Virus record (IMG/VR): IMGVR_UViG_3300010033_000001
Span: 1 to 64,000 of that record
From: a virus
Strand: one strand, 5' to 3'
Length of the DNA: 64,000 nt
How positions within the stretch are numbered: the stretch's first letter is position 1; every line of letters starts with the position of its first letter. The notes beneath the pieces were generated by a model, which searched no databases, was not told the DNA's origin, and was given only the letters and a program-made list of their open reading frames with translations. A program made the position numbers and the translations under genes. This document shows positions 30,974-40,281 of this stretch, piece by piece.

Positions 30974-33900
30974 CTATACAACCCAAGCAGGAATTTCAAC
31001 ACGCCTCCAATTATTAGTGCCAACACAAAGGTACATATGGGTTGCGGTAAATCTTATCTCTCCAAGCGTGCCGATATCAGTTGGAAATCCAGGTGCGGTA
31101 TTTAAAGCACTTAGATTGAACTGTCCGCCAGACCTTATGTTACCATCAGCTAGTATTTGACCAAATGCTATTATATTACCAGTACTACCAGCGGAAAGGG
31201 TTAAGTCTCCCGGATTTGTCGCATGTTCATTACCACTGAGTGTAATGTATGCGCCACGAGTAGAGTTAGCACTTCCACCTCCTGCAAGTGATACTAATTT
31301 TGTATCAGAGCCATTGGCAGTATCAGCAGCAGCCAATATCCAACTATTCGGGGAAAAGGTATTGTTCTGGTTTCTTCTTAAATATGATCCGTCTAAATTT
31401 AGATTATTGTTAAATATTGAAAGAGGTATTCCGCTAACAAGTGCTTTTTTTGTTGTTAAACCATCAACAACTACTATATGATCGGTACCCAACAATCCAG
31501 AATTTAGTGCCTGTAAAGCATCAAAGTCTACAGTTACATCAGGGGCTGAAACTGTGCCCTCATTAATTAAACCAATTCCCAGACCACTTACAGGTATAAA
31601 ACCAGAATCATTATTGAAGATAGACAAAGGTATAGAAGATATCAATTGTCGATTTTCTACACCTCCATTTTCTGCTATTAAATAATCTGTGCTTAATAAT
31701 GTGCCCCCTATTGGTAATTCTCCAAAGTCTAAAGCTAAAGAGACATCTCCTGAACTGCCTCCACCAGATAATCCCAATCCGGCAGTAACCCCGGTAATAT
31801 CTCCACCACCGACACTAGGGATTGACTCTAAACTTATCAGCCCTGTTGAATTATTATAAGTCAACACGAAGTTATCCTGTCCAGCTCCAACTGTTTGATT
31901 TACATCAAAACTATAATTTTCTAGTGATACATTTCCTGTTCCTTTTGTGTTTATTGTTACACCTATATTGGCCTGTGTTCCTGTGGCTGTGAATGTTCTG
32001 CTCGTTCCCGCTGTTGATGATGTCCCTAAATTAAAATTACTACTTCCGAGGACAACGCTACCACCGCCACTAGCATCCAAAAATAAACTGCCGCTGCCTT
32101 TGGGTTGTAAAATTAAATCTATATTGGCATCTAAACCAATAGCTTGTAAAGTCCGATTAGTTCCACTTCTTGTATCAGCCCCCAAATTAATAACACCACT
32201 ATCTAAAAAGATTTCGCCTGAGTTAGTCGTTAAAACTAAGTTTTGATTAAGTAAAGAACTTATTGTACTGCCATTTATACGAATGTCATCCCATTGGAAA
32301 TAGCCTGTTCCAGACGCGCTATTTTGAATATTTGCACCGCTATCTTCAAGATTTGCTAAAACACCACCAGCCCCAAAATCAACACTTTTCCAAGTATTAG
32401 CAGCAGTACATAAGTAAATCGAATTTTCCGTGAATCTTATTTCCCCTAATGTGCCTGTGTCGGTTGGGCTTAATGGGGCGGTATTAAGGGCATTCAGATT
32501 GTATTGACCAAAAACTTTTATACCATTACTTGTAACGTTTAACCTCTCAATTGATCCATCAAACAATCTGATGTCACCAGAGTCACCCGATGCCAAAATC
32601 AAATCACCTGGATTAGTAGCATGTTGATCTCCGTGAAGAGTCATAGAGGCACCCCTTTGACTACCACCGCCTCCACCTCCTCGGATTGTTACTGATTTGT
32701 TGTCAGAACCACCAGAACTGTTACCCTCGGCTAAAATCCAATCAGCGGGATCAAACCTATTATTCGCGTTGTTTACCAGAGTGGTTTCTATTTTATCATA
32801 GAGTGCGTCCTTAGTAGGTACCTCTAAACTTCCATTCCAACTAACCCCGTACATTTCGTGTGGAACAGTTATATCTACAGTAGATGTAACGCCACTATTA
32901 GATATTCTAAATCTTTCGATATTATTAGTTCCTATTACTACATCCGCATTACTTTCATTATAGAGTTCTAAATGACCTGCGTCTATTAAGCCTATTCTTC
33001 CTATTTCCAAATCATTGAGAATAGTTATCTTGCTAATAGGAGTATTAGAATCACCAACAGTCATATCCCCCTGTACCGTGATACTGTTTTCGAAGGTTTC
33101 TGCGATATCTGTCCTTGCGTAATTGGAAAGATCAACAGAAAGGACGCCAGATATAAAACTTAGATTTGGTCCTAATAAAACAGTTGATAAATCACCCGAT
33201 CCATCAGTACCAACCATTCTATTTGCAGCTAATACCCCTTGATTGGAAGATCCAACAACAGAGAACCTAATGCCTATATGAACGACGCCAAAAGGATTCA
33301 TTACATCAACGCTAGCGCTACCAGTATTAGCAATCATATCAGATGCCATATTCACGCCAGTAGTATCAGTGTAAATTTGTACCTGGTTTAAAGATATATC
33401 AGGTGCTTGGCCAGGGTATCTTCCAGTAGGATTATTAAAAGTTGTACCAGCCGTTCCAGCGTTTACATCGTGCTTATGCTGTGGAACATCAGTAATATTT
33501 TCCTGTCCACCTGTGTTACCTATCAATCTATTCGTTAGCCCTGAACCCTGGCCTGATCCAACCTTTACTCTTGATCGAAAATCAGGAAGATTAAAAGTGG
33601 TTGACCCATCACCTACACCATAGGTAGTGCCTATAACCGCAAAAAGATCTGCATAAATACCAACTCTTGAAACAGCTGAACCATCACATAAAACTACTCC
33701 AATCGGTGTACTACCTACGTATTCTACGATTTCACCAATGGTTCCGGAAGAAAGACTTTCTATTTGGTCATAAACAGCATTTTTAGTAGGTACCTCTAAA
33801 CTTCCATTCCAAGAAACACCATAAGCTTCATCTGGGACGGTTACACTTCCTGAGCCTAGAAAAATACCAGTAGAAGCATTTAATACTAATGTTTCAGTTC

Positions 33901-34603
33901 CTCCATCATTTCGCATTGATATATTAGCAATAGAACCACTAGTACTTGTAATATCAATTTGACCTGCTGAGTTGCCGGAATTAGGTTTATGAATAATGTT
34001 ATTAGCACTTGTTAAAGGACCAATCACATTCACACTCCCTGCGGTATATGACAAGTCATTTCCGGTCAGTTGCCAATAATTCACACTTGCTAAATTGACA
34101 CTCAATCCATTAACACCTTTAGTCAGTGTATTACCATTGAGTTCAAGCCGTAACTGGGAACCTACAATCTCAAGACCCTCACCGTCAGTTGTGAGTGTTT
34201 CACTTATCTTTTCCCAACTGGATGATGTTCTTCGATATAAAAGTCCTTCATTGACTACTAATAGGACAGCGTTTTCTTGTACAGGAGTAAACAACCATGA
34301 ACTATTAACCCTGGTTGCAATCTCATTTGTGCGGCCTTCAAAATCATCACCTGGTGTCGTAGCGCCAAGCACCAAGTAACGATCGGAATTTGCAGGTGTA
34401 GTTGGAGCATCAGCCTGAATCGACAATACAGGCGTCTGAAAAAATACTGTTTCACTCAAGGGTACCCATGAAACACCATTGTTATAATGCAATACAACCT
34501 GCTCCGGAAACTGAGGATCAATGATCCTGGCCCAAAGAATATATGTTTTCGCCGGCGGTGTTTCGCTTCTTATTAATCCTACTACATTTCCTAGATTTGC
34601 CAT
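30974..34603 (-). CDS. tail fibre with a tail-collar domain and duplicated distal modules
   Basis: Collar motif (PIGVVLCDGSAVSRVGIYADLFAVIGTTYGVGDGSTTFNLPDFRSR...QHKHD). Follows the baseplate J/I genes. Contains internal duplications. Confidence 0.8.
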   Translation of the reverse strand: MANLGNVVGLIRSETPPAKTYILWARIIDPQFPEQVVLHYNNGVSWVPLSETVFFQTPVLSIQADAPTTPANSDRYLVLGATTPGDDFEGRTNEIATRVNSSWLFTPVQENAVLLVVNEGLLYRRTSSSWEKISETLTTDGEGLEIVGSQLRLELNGNTLTKGVNGLSVNLASVNYWQLTGNDLSYTAGSVNVIGPLTSANNIIHKPNSGNSAGQIDITSTSGSIANISMRNDGGTETLVLNASTGIFLGSGSVTVPDEAYGVSWNGSLEVPTKNAVYDQIESLSSGTIGEIVEYVGSTPIGVVLCDGSAVSRVGIYADLFAVIGTTYGVGDGSTTFNLPDFRSRVKVGSGQGSGLTNRLIGNTGGQENITDVPQHKHDVNAGTAGTTFNNPTGRYPGQAPDISLNQVQIYTDTTGVNMASDMIANTGSASVDVMNPFGVVHIGIRFSVVGSSNQGVLAANRMVGTDGSGDLSTVLLGPNLSFISGVLSVDLSNYARTDIAETFENSITVQGDMTVGDSNTPISKITILNDLEIGRIGLIDAGHLELYNESNADVVIGTNNIERFRISNSGVTSTVDITVPHEMYGVSWNGSLEVPTKDALYDKIETTLVNNANNRFDPADWILAEGNSSGGSDNKSVTIRGGGGGGSQRGASMTLHGDQHATNPGDLILASGDSGDIRLFDGSIERLNVTSNGIKVFGQYNLNALNTAPLSPTDTGTLGEIRFTENSIYLCTAANTWKSVDFGAGGVLANLEDSGANIQNSASGTGYFQWDDIRINGSTISSLLNQNLVLTTNSGEIFLDSGVINLGADTRSGTNRTLQAIGLDANIDLILQPKGSGSLFLDASGGGSVVLGSSNFNLGTSSTAGTSRTFTATGTQANIGVTINTKGTGNVSLENYSFDVNQTVGAGQDNFVLTYNNSTGLISLESIPSVGGGDITGVTAGLGLSGGGSSGDVSLALDFGELPIGGTLLSTDYLIAENGGVENRQLISSIPLSIFNNDSGFIPVSGLGIGLINEGTVSAPDVTVDFDALQALNSGLLGTDHIVVVDGLTTKKALVSGIPLSIFNNNLNLDGSYLRRNQNNTFSPNSWILAAADTANGSDTKLVSLAGGGSANSTRGAYITLSGNEHATNPGDLTLSAGSTGNIIAFGQILADGNIRSGGQFNLSALNTAPGFPTDIGTLGEIRFTATHMYLCVGTNNWRRVEIPAWVV

Positions 34604-35361
34604 TATTGAATATAAATTAAGTCACCGTTACTATTAATAAAATATTTATCCGCATCAGGACCTTCGATAATCAGGTTACCCTGATCATCCAGAAACACGT
34701 TCAATTCGGGAGTATTTACAGGGTCATAAATCAAGTCACCATTAGAATCAATCTGTAAGCTGATCAGGTGGAACGTAATTTCAGTACCATTAACTGTCAC
34801 CTGGTTGAGCTCGGCATTTATAGGCCTTAGGAAGTCATCAATTTTAAATATCGTTTGCCTTATGGTATCATTCAATACTAAGCCACCAGTGATCACAATA
34901 TCATAGAATGAACAGGCAGGGCAACTTTCATCAAAAACCCTATCAGGGTTATCAAACCCAATCGATTGATCAAATGAATTAGCTGTGAATGATTCATTGA
35001 TGGTAATGGTATCAAAGCCCAGCATTTTCAACAGCAATTCATAACTCCTCTTTGTGCCTTTGATATTGTAAATCTGATGTGCCACAGAAAGGATTCTTCT
35101 GCGGAACGTCAGATTGTCCTGTACGATCACAGGGTTACCTGCCTGAGCCTCGAGTAATGGTAAAAACTGAGCCTGTGCGGTAAACGGGTCGATCAGGTTT
35201 TCAACCATGTCGGCAATAGGGGCGAGTATATCGGTATCGTAATAATCGCCTAGCATACGATGAAATCGCTCATTTAACCCACGACCATTGCCATCAGGAA
35301 AGACATCTTGAGTCTTAAAGTATCGCGGAAACCGCTGGAATATGGTGTCAATCAATGCCAC
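34603..35361 (-). CDS. baseplate protein, P2 gpI-like
   Basis: FLPLLEAQAGNP...FRRRILSVAHQIYNIKGTKRSYELLLKMLGF pattern, positioned after the J-like gene. Confidence 0.55.
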   Translation of the reverse strand: MALIDTIFQRFPRYFKTQDVFPDGNGRGLNERFHRMLGDYYDTDILAPIADMVENLIDPFTAQAQFLPLLEAQAGNPVIVQDNLTFRRRILSVAHQIYNIKGTKRSYELLLKMLGFDTITINESFTANSFDQSIGFDNPDRVFDESCPACSFYDIVITGGLVLNDTIRQTIFKIDDFLRPINAELNQVTVNGTEITFHLISLQIDSNGDLIYDPVNTPELNVFLDDQGNLIIEGPDADKYFINSNGDLIYIQ

Positions 35362-37016
35362 TATACAATACCACCCAGTACGGTTAAAGTTATGTTTGCC
35401 TCACTGATCACCGGTATGCTAGGCTCAGAAAGGAAGATTGATTTATTGAATGGGTAAGTATAGAATTCATACTGATTACCGATAGTATAAGTACCAATTA
35501 TGTTCATGGTCAATTCATCGAATTCAATGGTTACACCTGTTGAAAAACTTCCAAGAAATGAATCAGCCCTCACCACATCAAAAGTATTTGTTCCGGTAAA
35601 ACGAATGTCCCATTTAACGCGATCCTCGCTGTCGGATTTTACCGTTCGAGTCCAGTTCAATACCTCAGTAGTCATACCTAATGGCCTTGCAAATGGCCTG
35701 GTATTGATATTGGTCAACGATGTATTGATAACACCCTCACTGTTTTCCATGGTCTGGTAGATATCGCCAATCACTATACTACCACGTATGTCCTGATTTT
35801 CAGAACTTCCGAATGTGGTCAATGCATCCTTTACATTCTGCTCAACTACGCTATTCTGAAAATTCGGTAGAGCACTTATTTGCGCCTCAATGATGACTTC
35901 AACCTCACCCGCAGGTAATATCAACAAATTGGTCGTGATCATCTTCCTGGTGTCCATGTAGGTGCCTACACTGGTTAATAAACCAGCTGGTGCAGTTCCA
36001 CCACCGGTTGGTACAATATAGATTTCAACATTTTTTCCACAATCGAATTCAACACCGGCTCGGGCTACACCTGGCGCCAATGTCGCCACATCCTCATAAT
36101 CCTGGAGTGTGACTGCCCTGTCTTTCGTCCGGACTGATAGTGGTATCAACCTTTTCAGGTCCTCAAGGTTTTGTGCCCGCCCGCCACCGGTAGCAGCTGA
36201 TTCATTAGTCACAGTCAACACTACACCACCCGGCACAGTGATTGAACTGATGATTATCGTAATTCTATTAGGTGCAACATTTCCGGTTTCACCAACCGAA
36301 ACGTTATATGACACCAGGACATCATCACCTGAATTCGGAATTTCACCCGTTACCCCATCACCAAATTCAACTTCCATTACCTGGCTTTCATTGAGCCCGG
36401 CTTTGAATACCTGGCTTGTAGGTGTTGAAAATCCAAATGTTTCCACAGGCAGAAAATTTGTGGCCCCTACAACCACACTGATAGAATTGTCAGCAACGTT
36501 GGCGGCTAATGGAAATGTCTGCCTGGCACTGCCATCGCTTTGACCAACATTCAGGCCTGTGACCGCGGTTACCTGGCTGGCGTCAACTTTGACCGATAGC
36601 ATGCCGGCTGTAATGGTTCCGGCCGTAGTTGTCACATATCTTATATCACCACTTGTTGATACCACTGTGCCGATGGGTATATCGATGTCTGTTCCTGCCA
36701 CAACATTTATCGCAAATGTTAATTCAACCGTTGCGGGTATAACACCCCGGGCACGGTAATCGAATCCTCGACTGATCTTTATGGCGCTATCAAATCGTTT
36801 GCATGTACTTAAAAATCTTTCTTCAGCCTGTCGATCGATGTAGTACCCAACCATTTCGGCAACACCTGACCACACGCTGATGAACATGATATAAGGATTA
36901 CTTTCATTATGGTCAGTTATCTCAGGTACATTTGTCGGTAGCCGAGCGATAACAGTATCCTTAATCTGCCTGAACGTCCGGGTGATGTACCCAACCCATG
37001 GATTATTTACGATCAT
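35361..37016 (-). CDS. baseplate J-like protein
   Basis: 551 aa following the gp25-like gene; size and order match P2 J / Mu gp47. Confidence 0.65.
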   Translation of the reverse strand: MIVNNPWVGYITRTFRQIKDTVIARLPTNVPEITDHNESNPYIMFISVWSGVAEMVGYYIDRQAEERFLSTCKRFDSAIKISRGFDYRARGVIPATVELTFAINVVAGTDIDIPIGTVVSTSGDIRYVTTTAGTITAGMLSVKVDASQVTAVTGLNVGQSDGSARQTFPLAANVADNSISVVVGATNFLPVETFGFSTPTSQVFKAGLNESQVMEVEFGDGVTGEIPNSGDDVLVSYNVSVGETGNVAPNRITIIISSITVPGGVVLTVTNESAATGGGRAQNLEDLKRLIPLSVRTKDRAVTLQDYEDVATLAPGVARAGVEFDCGKNVEIYIVPTGGGTAPAGLLTSVGTYMDTRKMITTNLLILPAGEVEVIIEAQISALPNFQNSVVEQNVKDALTTFGSSENQDIRGSIVIGDIYQTMENSEGVINTSLTNINTRPFARPLGMTTEVLNWTRTVKSDSEDRVKWDIRFTGTNTFDVVRADSFLGSFSTGVTIEFDELTMNIIGTYTIGNQYEFYTYPFNKSIFLSEPSIPVISEANITLTVLGGIV

Positions 37017-37018
37017 AA

Positions 37019-37414
37019 TTAATAATTTAACTGCCTGTAAAATGGGTATACAAACGATTCAATTTCATTCCGTGCCTTAATGCTAGCCAATATGATGACA
37101 TTCAATATACTGGGGTCGCTTTCTGGTTCCTCAAAACTTACGCTAACAACTGTAATCCTACGTTCCCACCGCGCCAATGCCTCCTTCACAAAGGTATCTA
37201 AAAGACTTCTGAGTATGACATCATTCTGCTCAAACAGAACGGTTTCAATCTCAGAACCAAAGTTCGGGTTTCCTTCATAAGTTCCGACCCTAGTATTGAG
37301 TATGATATTAATCGACTGCTGAATCAAAGCAGAATCATCGATAGTGTTTACACTACCTTGAGCACTAATTGTCGTCGGGTATGACGTTCCTACTCCTAGA
37401 TATGCCCTGGCCAT
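37019..37414 (-). CDS. baseplate wedge protein, GPW/gp25-like
   Basis: IQQSINIILNTRVGTYEGNPNFGSEI...RWERRITV pattern. Confidence 0.75.
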   Translation of the reverse strand: MARAYLGVGTSYPTTISAQGSVNTIDDSALIQQSINIILNTRVGTYEGNPNFGSEIETVLFEQNDVILRSLLDTFVKEALARWERRITVVSVSFEEPESDPSILNVIILASIKARNEIESFVYPFYRQLNY

Positions 37415-37650
37415 TATGTTATCCTTCCTTCACCTATTGCGTTTACTAATTGATTACCGCCTGTCGTACTGCCTGTTACGGTTGTGTTCACAGTTCCTGA
37501 CTCAATATAAGCTTTAAAAACCGCTACCAGATCCTCGGCAAACTGTTGCTTTGCTTCCGGAGCCGCTTGGCCCTCATTGATTATACTATCCTCAAGATCG
37601 TTAAGTACCTGTACAATTCCTGCTATTGCTTCTATATCATTAAGTGCCAT
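37414..37650 (-). CDS. hypothetical baseplate-module protein
   Basis: 78-aa ORF between the spike and gp25-like genes. Confidence 0.4.
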   Translation of the reverse strand: MALNDIEAIAGIVQVLNDLEDSIINEGQAAPEAKQQFAEDLVAVFKAYIESGTVNTTVTGSTTGGNQLVNAIGEGRIT

Positions 37651-38257
37651 CTGAGAGTAAGTTATTAAAATCCTGTCTTAGTTCCTCGAATTCCAACAAG
37701 TTGATGAAAGGCTGCGGACCGAGAGCTGTGGCAGTAGTAGCCTCATTAATAAGCAGAAACAGCCTATTGATCAATGCACCGAGATTAGAATCGTTTGATG
37801 ATCCCGCGAATAGCTTATCACTCAAAATAACCTTTTGACCTTCCCGATTTTGAATGGTGATTGTATTGTTGCCATCATCATAAATTGTAAAATTTCCTGA
37901 AGGTGTGGCATATACGAACCTATTAGGGTAATTCTCAGCTGCCTGACTAACGCCTTTACCAATCTGGTAACCTGCATATTCCCAGAATGGAAAATTTACA
38001 TCACCTTCCTTGAAAATGATATTCACATTATCACCGATACTTGGTACATGGTTTAGGCCTCGAGGTATTGACTTTGGCTGCACCCATTGTTCAAGTGTAA
38101 CATTTCCATATACTGCAGGGCATTGAATACGCAGCCTCATGATCTGCTCAGGGTCGTTATTATCAACTACGATACCATTATAGAATGAATAGTATCGCCT
38201 GATCGATGTCAATCCGAACCGTGTAATTTTCCTTATGATATCATTGGCTAGACTCAT
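37640..38257 (-). CDS. baseplate spike, gpV/gp5 OB-fold-like
   Basis: GIVVDNNDPEQIMRLRIQCPAVYGN...WVQP pattern. Confidence 0.65.
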   Translation of the reverse strand: MSLANDIIRKITRFGLTSIRRYYSFYNGIVVDNNDPEQIMRLRIQCPAVYGNVTLEQWVQPKSIPRGLNHVPSIGDNVNIIFKEGDVNFPFWEYAGYQIGKGVSQAAENYPNRFVYATPSGNFTIYDDGNNTITIQNREGQKVILSDKLFAGSSNDSNLGALINRLFLLINEATTATALGPQPFINLLEFEELRQDFNNLLSDGT

Positions 38258-39479
38258 TATTTACCTCATCAGTTACATCATTACCGTTTTCATCAAAAAA
38301 GAATGACGACACCATACGTGTATTATTCTTTTCATCAGGACCAACACTGTCATTTACCTCATCAGCCTCATCTGAATCTGTAATATTCAGATTAATTGCA
38401 TTGCGTGTCAGTACCAAAGTTGATAAGGCACTACCTGGCTTAATTATATGCCTAATGCATTTTACAAACCAATTACCTGAGTGACGCTGTGCAACGTTTT
38501 CGATGGTGATCACGTCAGTCAAGTCAATACTGGGATCCATCTCAATGGTTAGACTAGCTATATGATCATTTAAAGCCTCATCTTTTTTCCTCTTAGCAGC
38601 CACGTTGTCGGATTCCTGCTGATTCCTGGTAGGGGTTACAAGAATTTCAGCAACCTCATCAGCAACGATGTCAAGACCACTTCTTTGCGGTAACTCAGCG
38701 CCGAAAAGATCAAATTTAATGTTAGCCGAGTAACGACCAAGCTTGGTATCATCCACTGTTTCACCCTCTGTAGATTTACCATTGATTTCTTCACCATTTA
38801 AATCATAATAAGATTTGACTTCTGTATTACTCGAGTCAGGTTTCTTTTTCAGGTCACTGGCTTTTGGTTTGAAATTTTTGATCACACTATTGCCTGGCCC
38901 ATAAGTAAATGTCCTGACTGAATCTCGATCAAGTGGCCGATTAACAAAATACAGCGTATTGTCCTGCACATAGAAAATATAGTTACCATGCCTTTCAATT
39001 GTTTCAAGGTAATGTATAATTTCATAGTCAGTTTGATTGGCCTGAGCTATGAAATTCCATTCAAAAAATGTGTCATCAATGACACTATCCATACCATATT
39101 TATTAGCTATTGCCTGAACGATCTGACTGCTTGTCATCTGCTGCCATACCTTACTGAGTTTATTCTTTTTCATCAATAGGCCTAAATCTGTGGCCATGAC
39201 AGTAACAGTAAACTTAGGACCGTAGTTAGGCTCTATTGATGATATACGCGCAACCCGAACCGCAGACAGGTTTTGGCCGGCATACCCGTATTGAAAGTTA
39301 ATGAATTCACCTTCGCGTAAATCAGGTTCATCAAGCCGCTCGGGTGACTCAAAATACATCATCAATTTCAATAGCGAATCCTTATCACTACAGTCATCAA
39401 AATCAAATGATGTTATTGAATCATTCAATAAGGTGTCGCTTTGTACCAACACCACCCTGAAAATCGGAGCCTTAGCCAT
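38241..39479 (-). CDS. baseplate hub / late control gpD-like protein
   Basis: 412 aa with N-terminal gpD-like features (...TSSQIVQAIANKYGMD). Follows the LysM-like tail protein. Confidence 0.6.
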   Translation of the reverse strand: MAKAPIFRVVLVQSDTLLNDSITSFDFDDCSDKDSLLKLMMYFESPERLDEPDLREGEFINFQYGYAGQNLSAVRVARISSIEPNYGPKFTVTVMATDLGLLMKKNKLSKVWQQMTSSQIVQAIANKYGMDSVIDDTFFEWNFIAQANQTDYEIIHYLETIERHGNYIFYVQDNTLYFVNRPLDRDSVRTFTYGPGNSVIKNFKPKASDLKKKPDSSNTEVKSYYDLNGEEINGKSTEGETVDDTKLGRYSANIKFDLFGAELPQRSGLDIVADEVAEILVTPTRNQQESDNVAAKRKKDEALNDHIASLTIEMDPSIDLTDVITIENVAQRHSGNWFVKCIRHIIKPGSALSTLVLTRNAINLNITDSDEADEVNDSVGPDEKNNTRMVSSFFFDENGNDVTDEVNNESSQ

Positions 39480-39821
39480 TTACAAATAATTTATCGTGAA
39501 GCTACGTAAATCAGGTATGATAATCTCAGTGCCAATCAATGAGGATATATCAATCGGATTAACGATTTGGTTTGCCTCGGCAATGATCCACCAGTAATCT
39601 CGTGAGTTGTCCACCTCATCACTATAATACCGATATGCCAGGCTTATAAGTGAGTCATGCCCATTTACAAGATGATATCTGTCCTCCTCAACGGACACAT
39701 AATCAATGAAGTCACGTACCAGCTCTGCACGGCCGTCAGCATACTCAAGTATACGACCCCGCGCGAACGGGTTTTCACGCCTAAGCTCGACGCGCCTATC
39801 ACGGAATCTGAAATCTGACAT
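39480..39821 (-). CDS. LysM-like tail protein (gpX-like)
   Basis: YHLVNGHDSLISLAYRYY...WWIIAEANQIVNP...IIIPD. Confidence 0.6.
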   Translation of the reverse strand: MSDFRFRDRRVELRRENPFARGRILEYADGRAELVRDFIDYVSVEEDRYHLVNGHDSLISLAYRYYSDEVDNSRDYWWIIAEANQIVNPIDISSLIGTEIIIPDLRSFTINYL

Positions 39822-40281
39822 CGTCTGTAGTTAAGTTTCTTTCCGGATCAAGTTTTAATTCAAGTTCTACTGATGCGTATACCGGTAGCCAATTGTGTAG
39901 TGCTGAAAAGTTCGTCAATACCGGTCTAACAGTATTCACAATCCAAACGTAGTCTTTAAACAAATCACCCCAGATCAGTTTCACGTTCCTGATCTGTTGC
40001 GATGATGCATTGTTATAGGTCAACGACACCAGCCAATTGACCTTATTAATCGCATCGGCCCGTCTTTCATCATCAGCGAAAAAATCCAGCGTAAATTTGA
40101 TACTCTCCTTACCACCAGTGTAATGCTGAAAAGGAAAATTTCGGCTAATGATATCAATCTCCTTCAATGCACCCAATCGACTCCATGTGATATCGGGAGG
40201 AACGAATTGAATTTGCATTCTGCTAAATGGCGGTGCGAGCTCAACCAAAAATAACTGATTCTTAGTAGTTGAAATTGTCAT
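39799..40281 (-). CDS. tail protein following the tape measure (gpU / tube-initiator position)
   Basis: 160 aa; called by position only. Confidence 0.3.
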   Translation of the reverse strand: MTISTTKNQLFLVELAPPFSRMQIQFVPPDITWSRLGALKEIDIISRNFPFQHYTGGKESIKFTLDFFADDERRADAINKVNWLVSLTYNNASSQQIRNVKLIWGDLFKDYVWIVNTVRPVLTNFSALHNWLPVYASVELELKLDPERNLTTDDVRFQIP

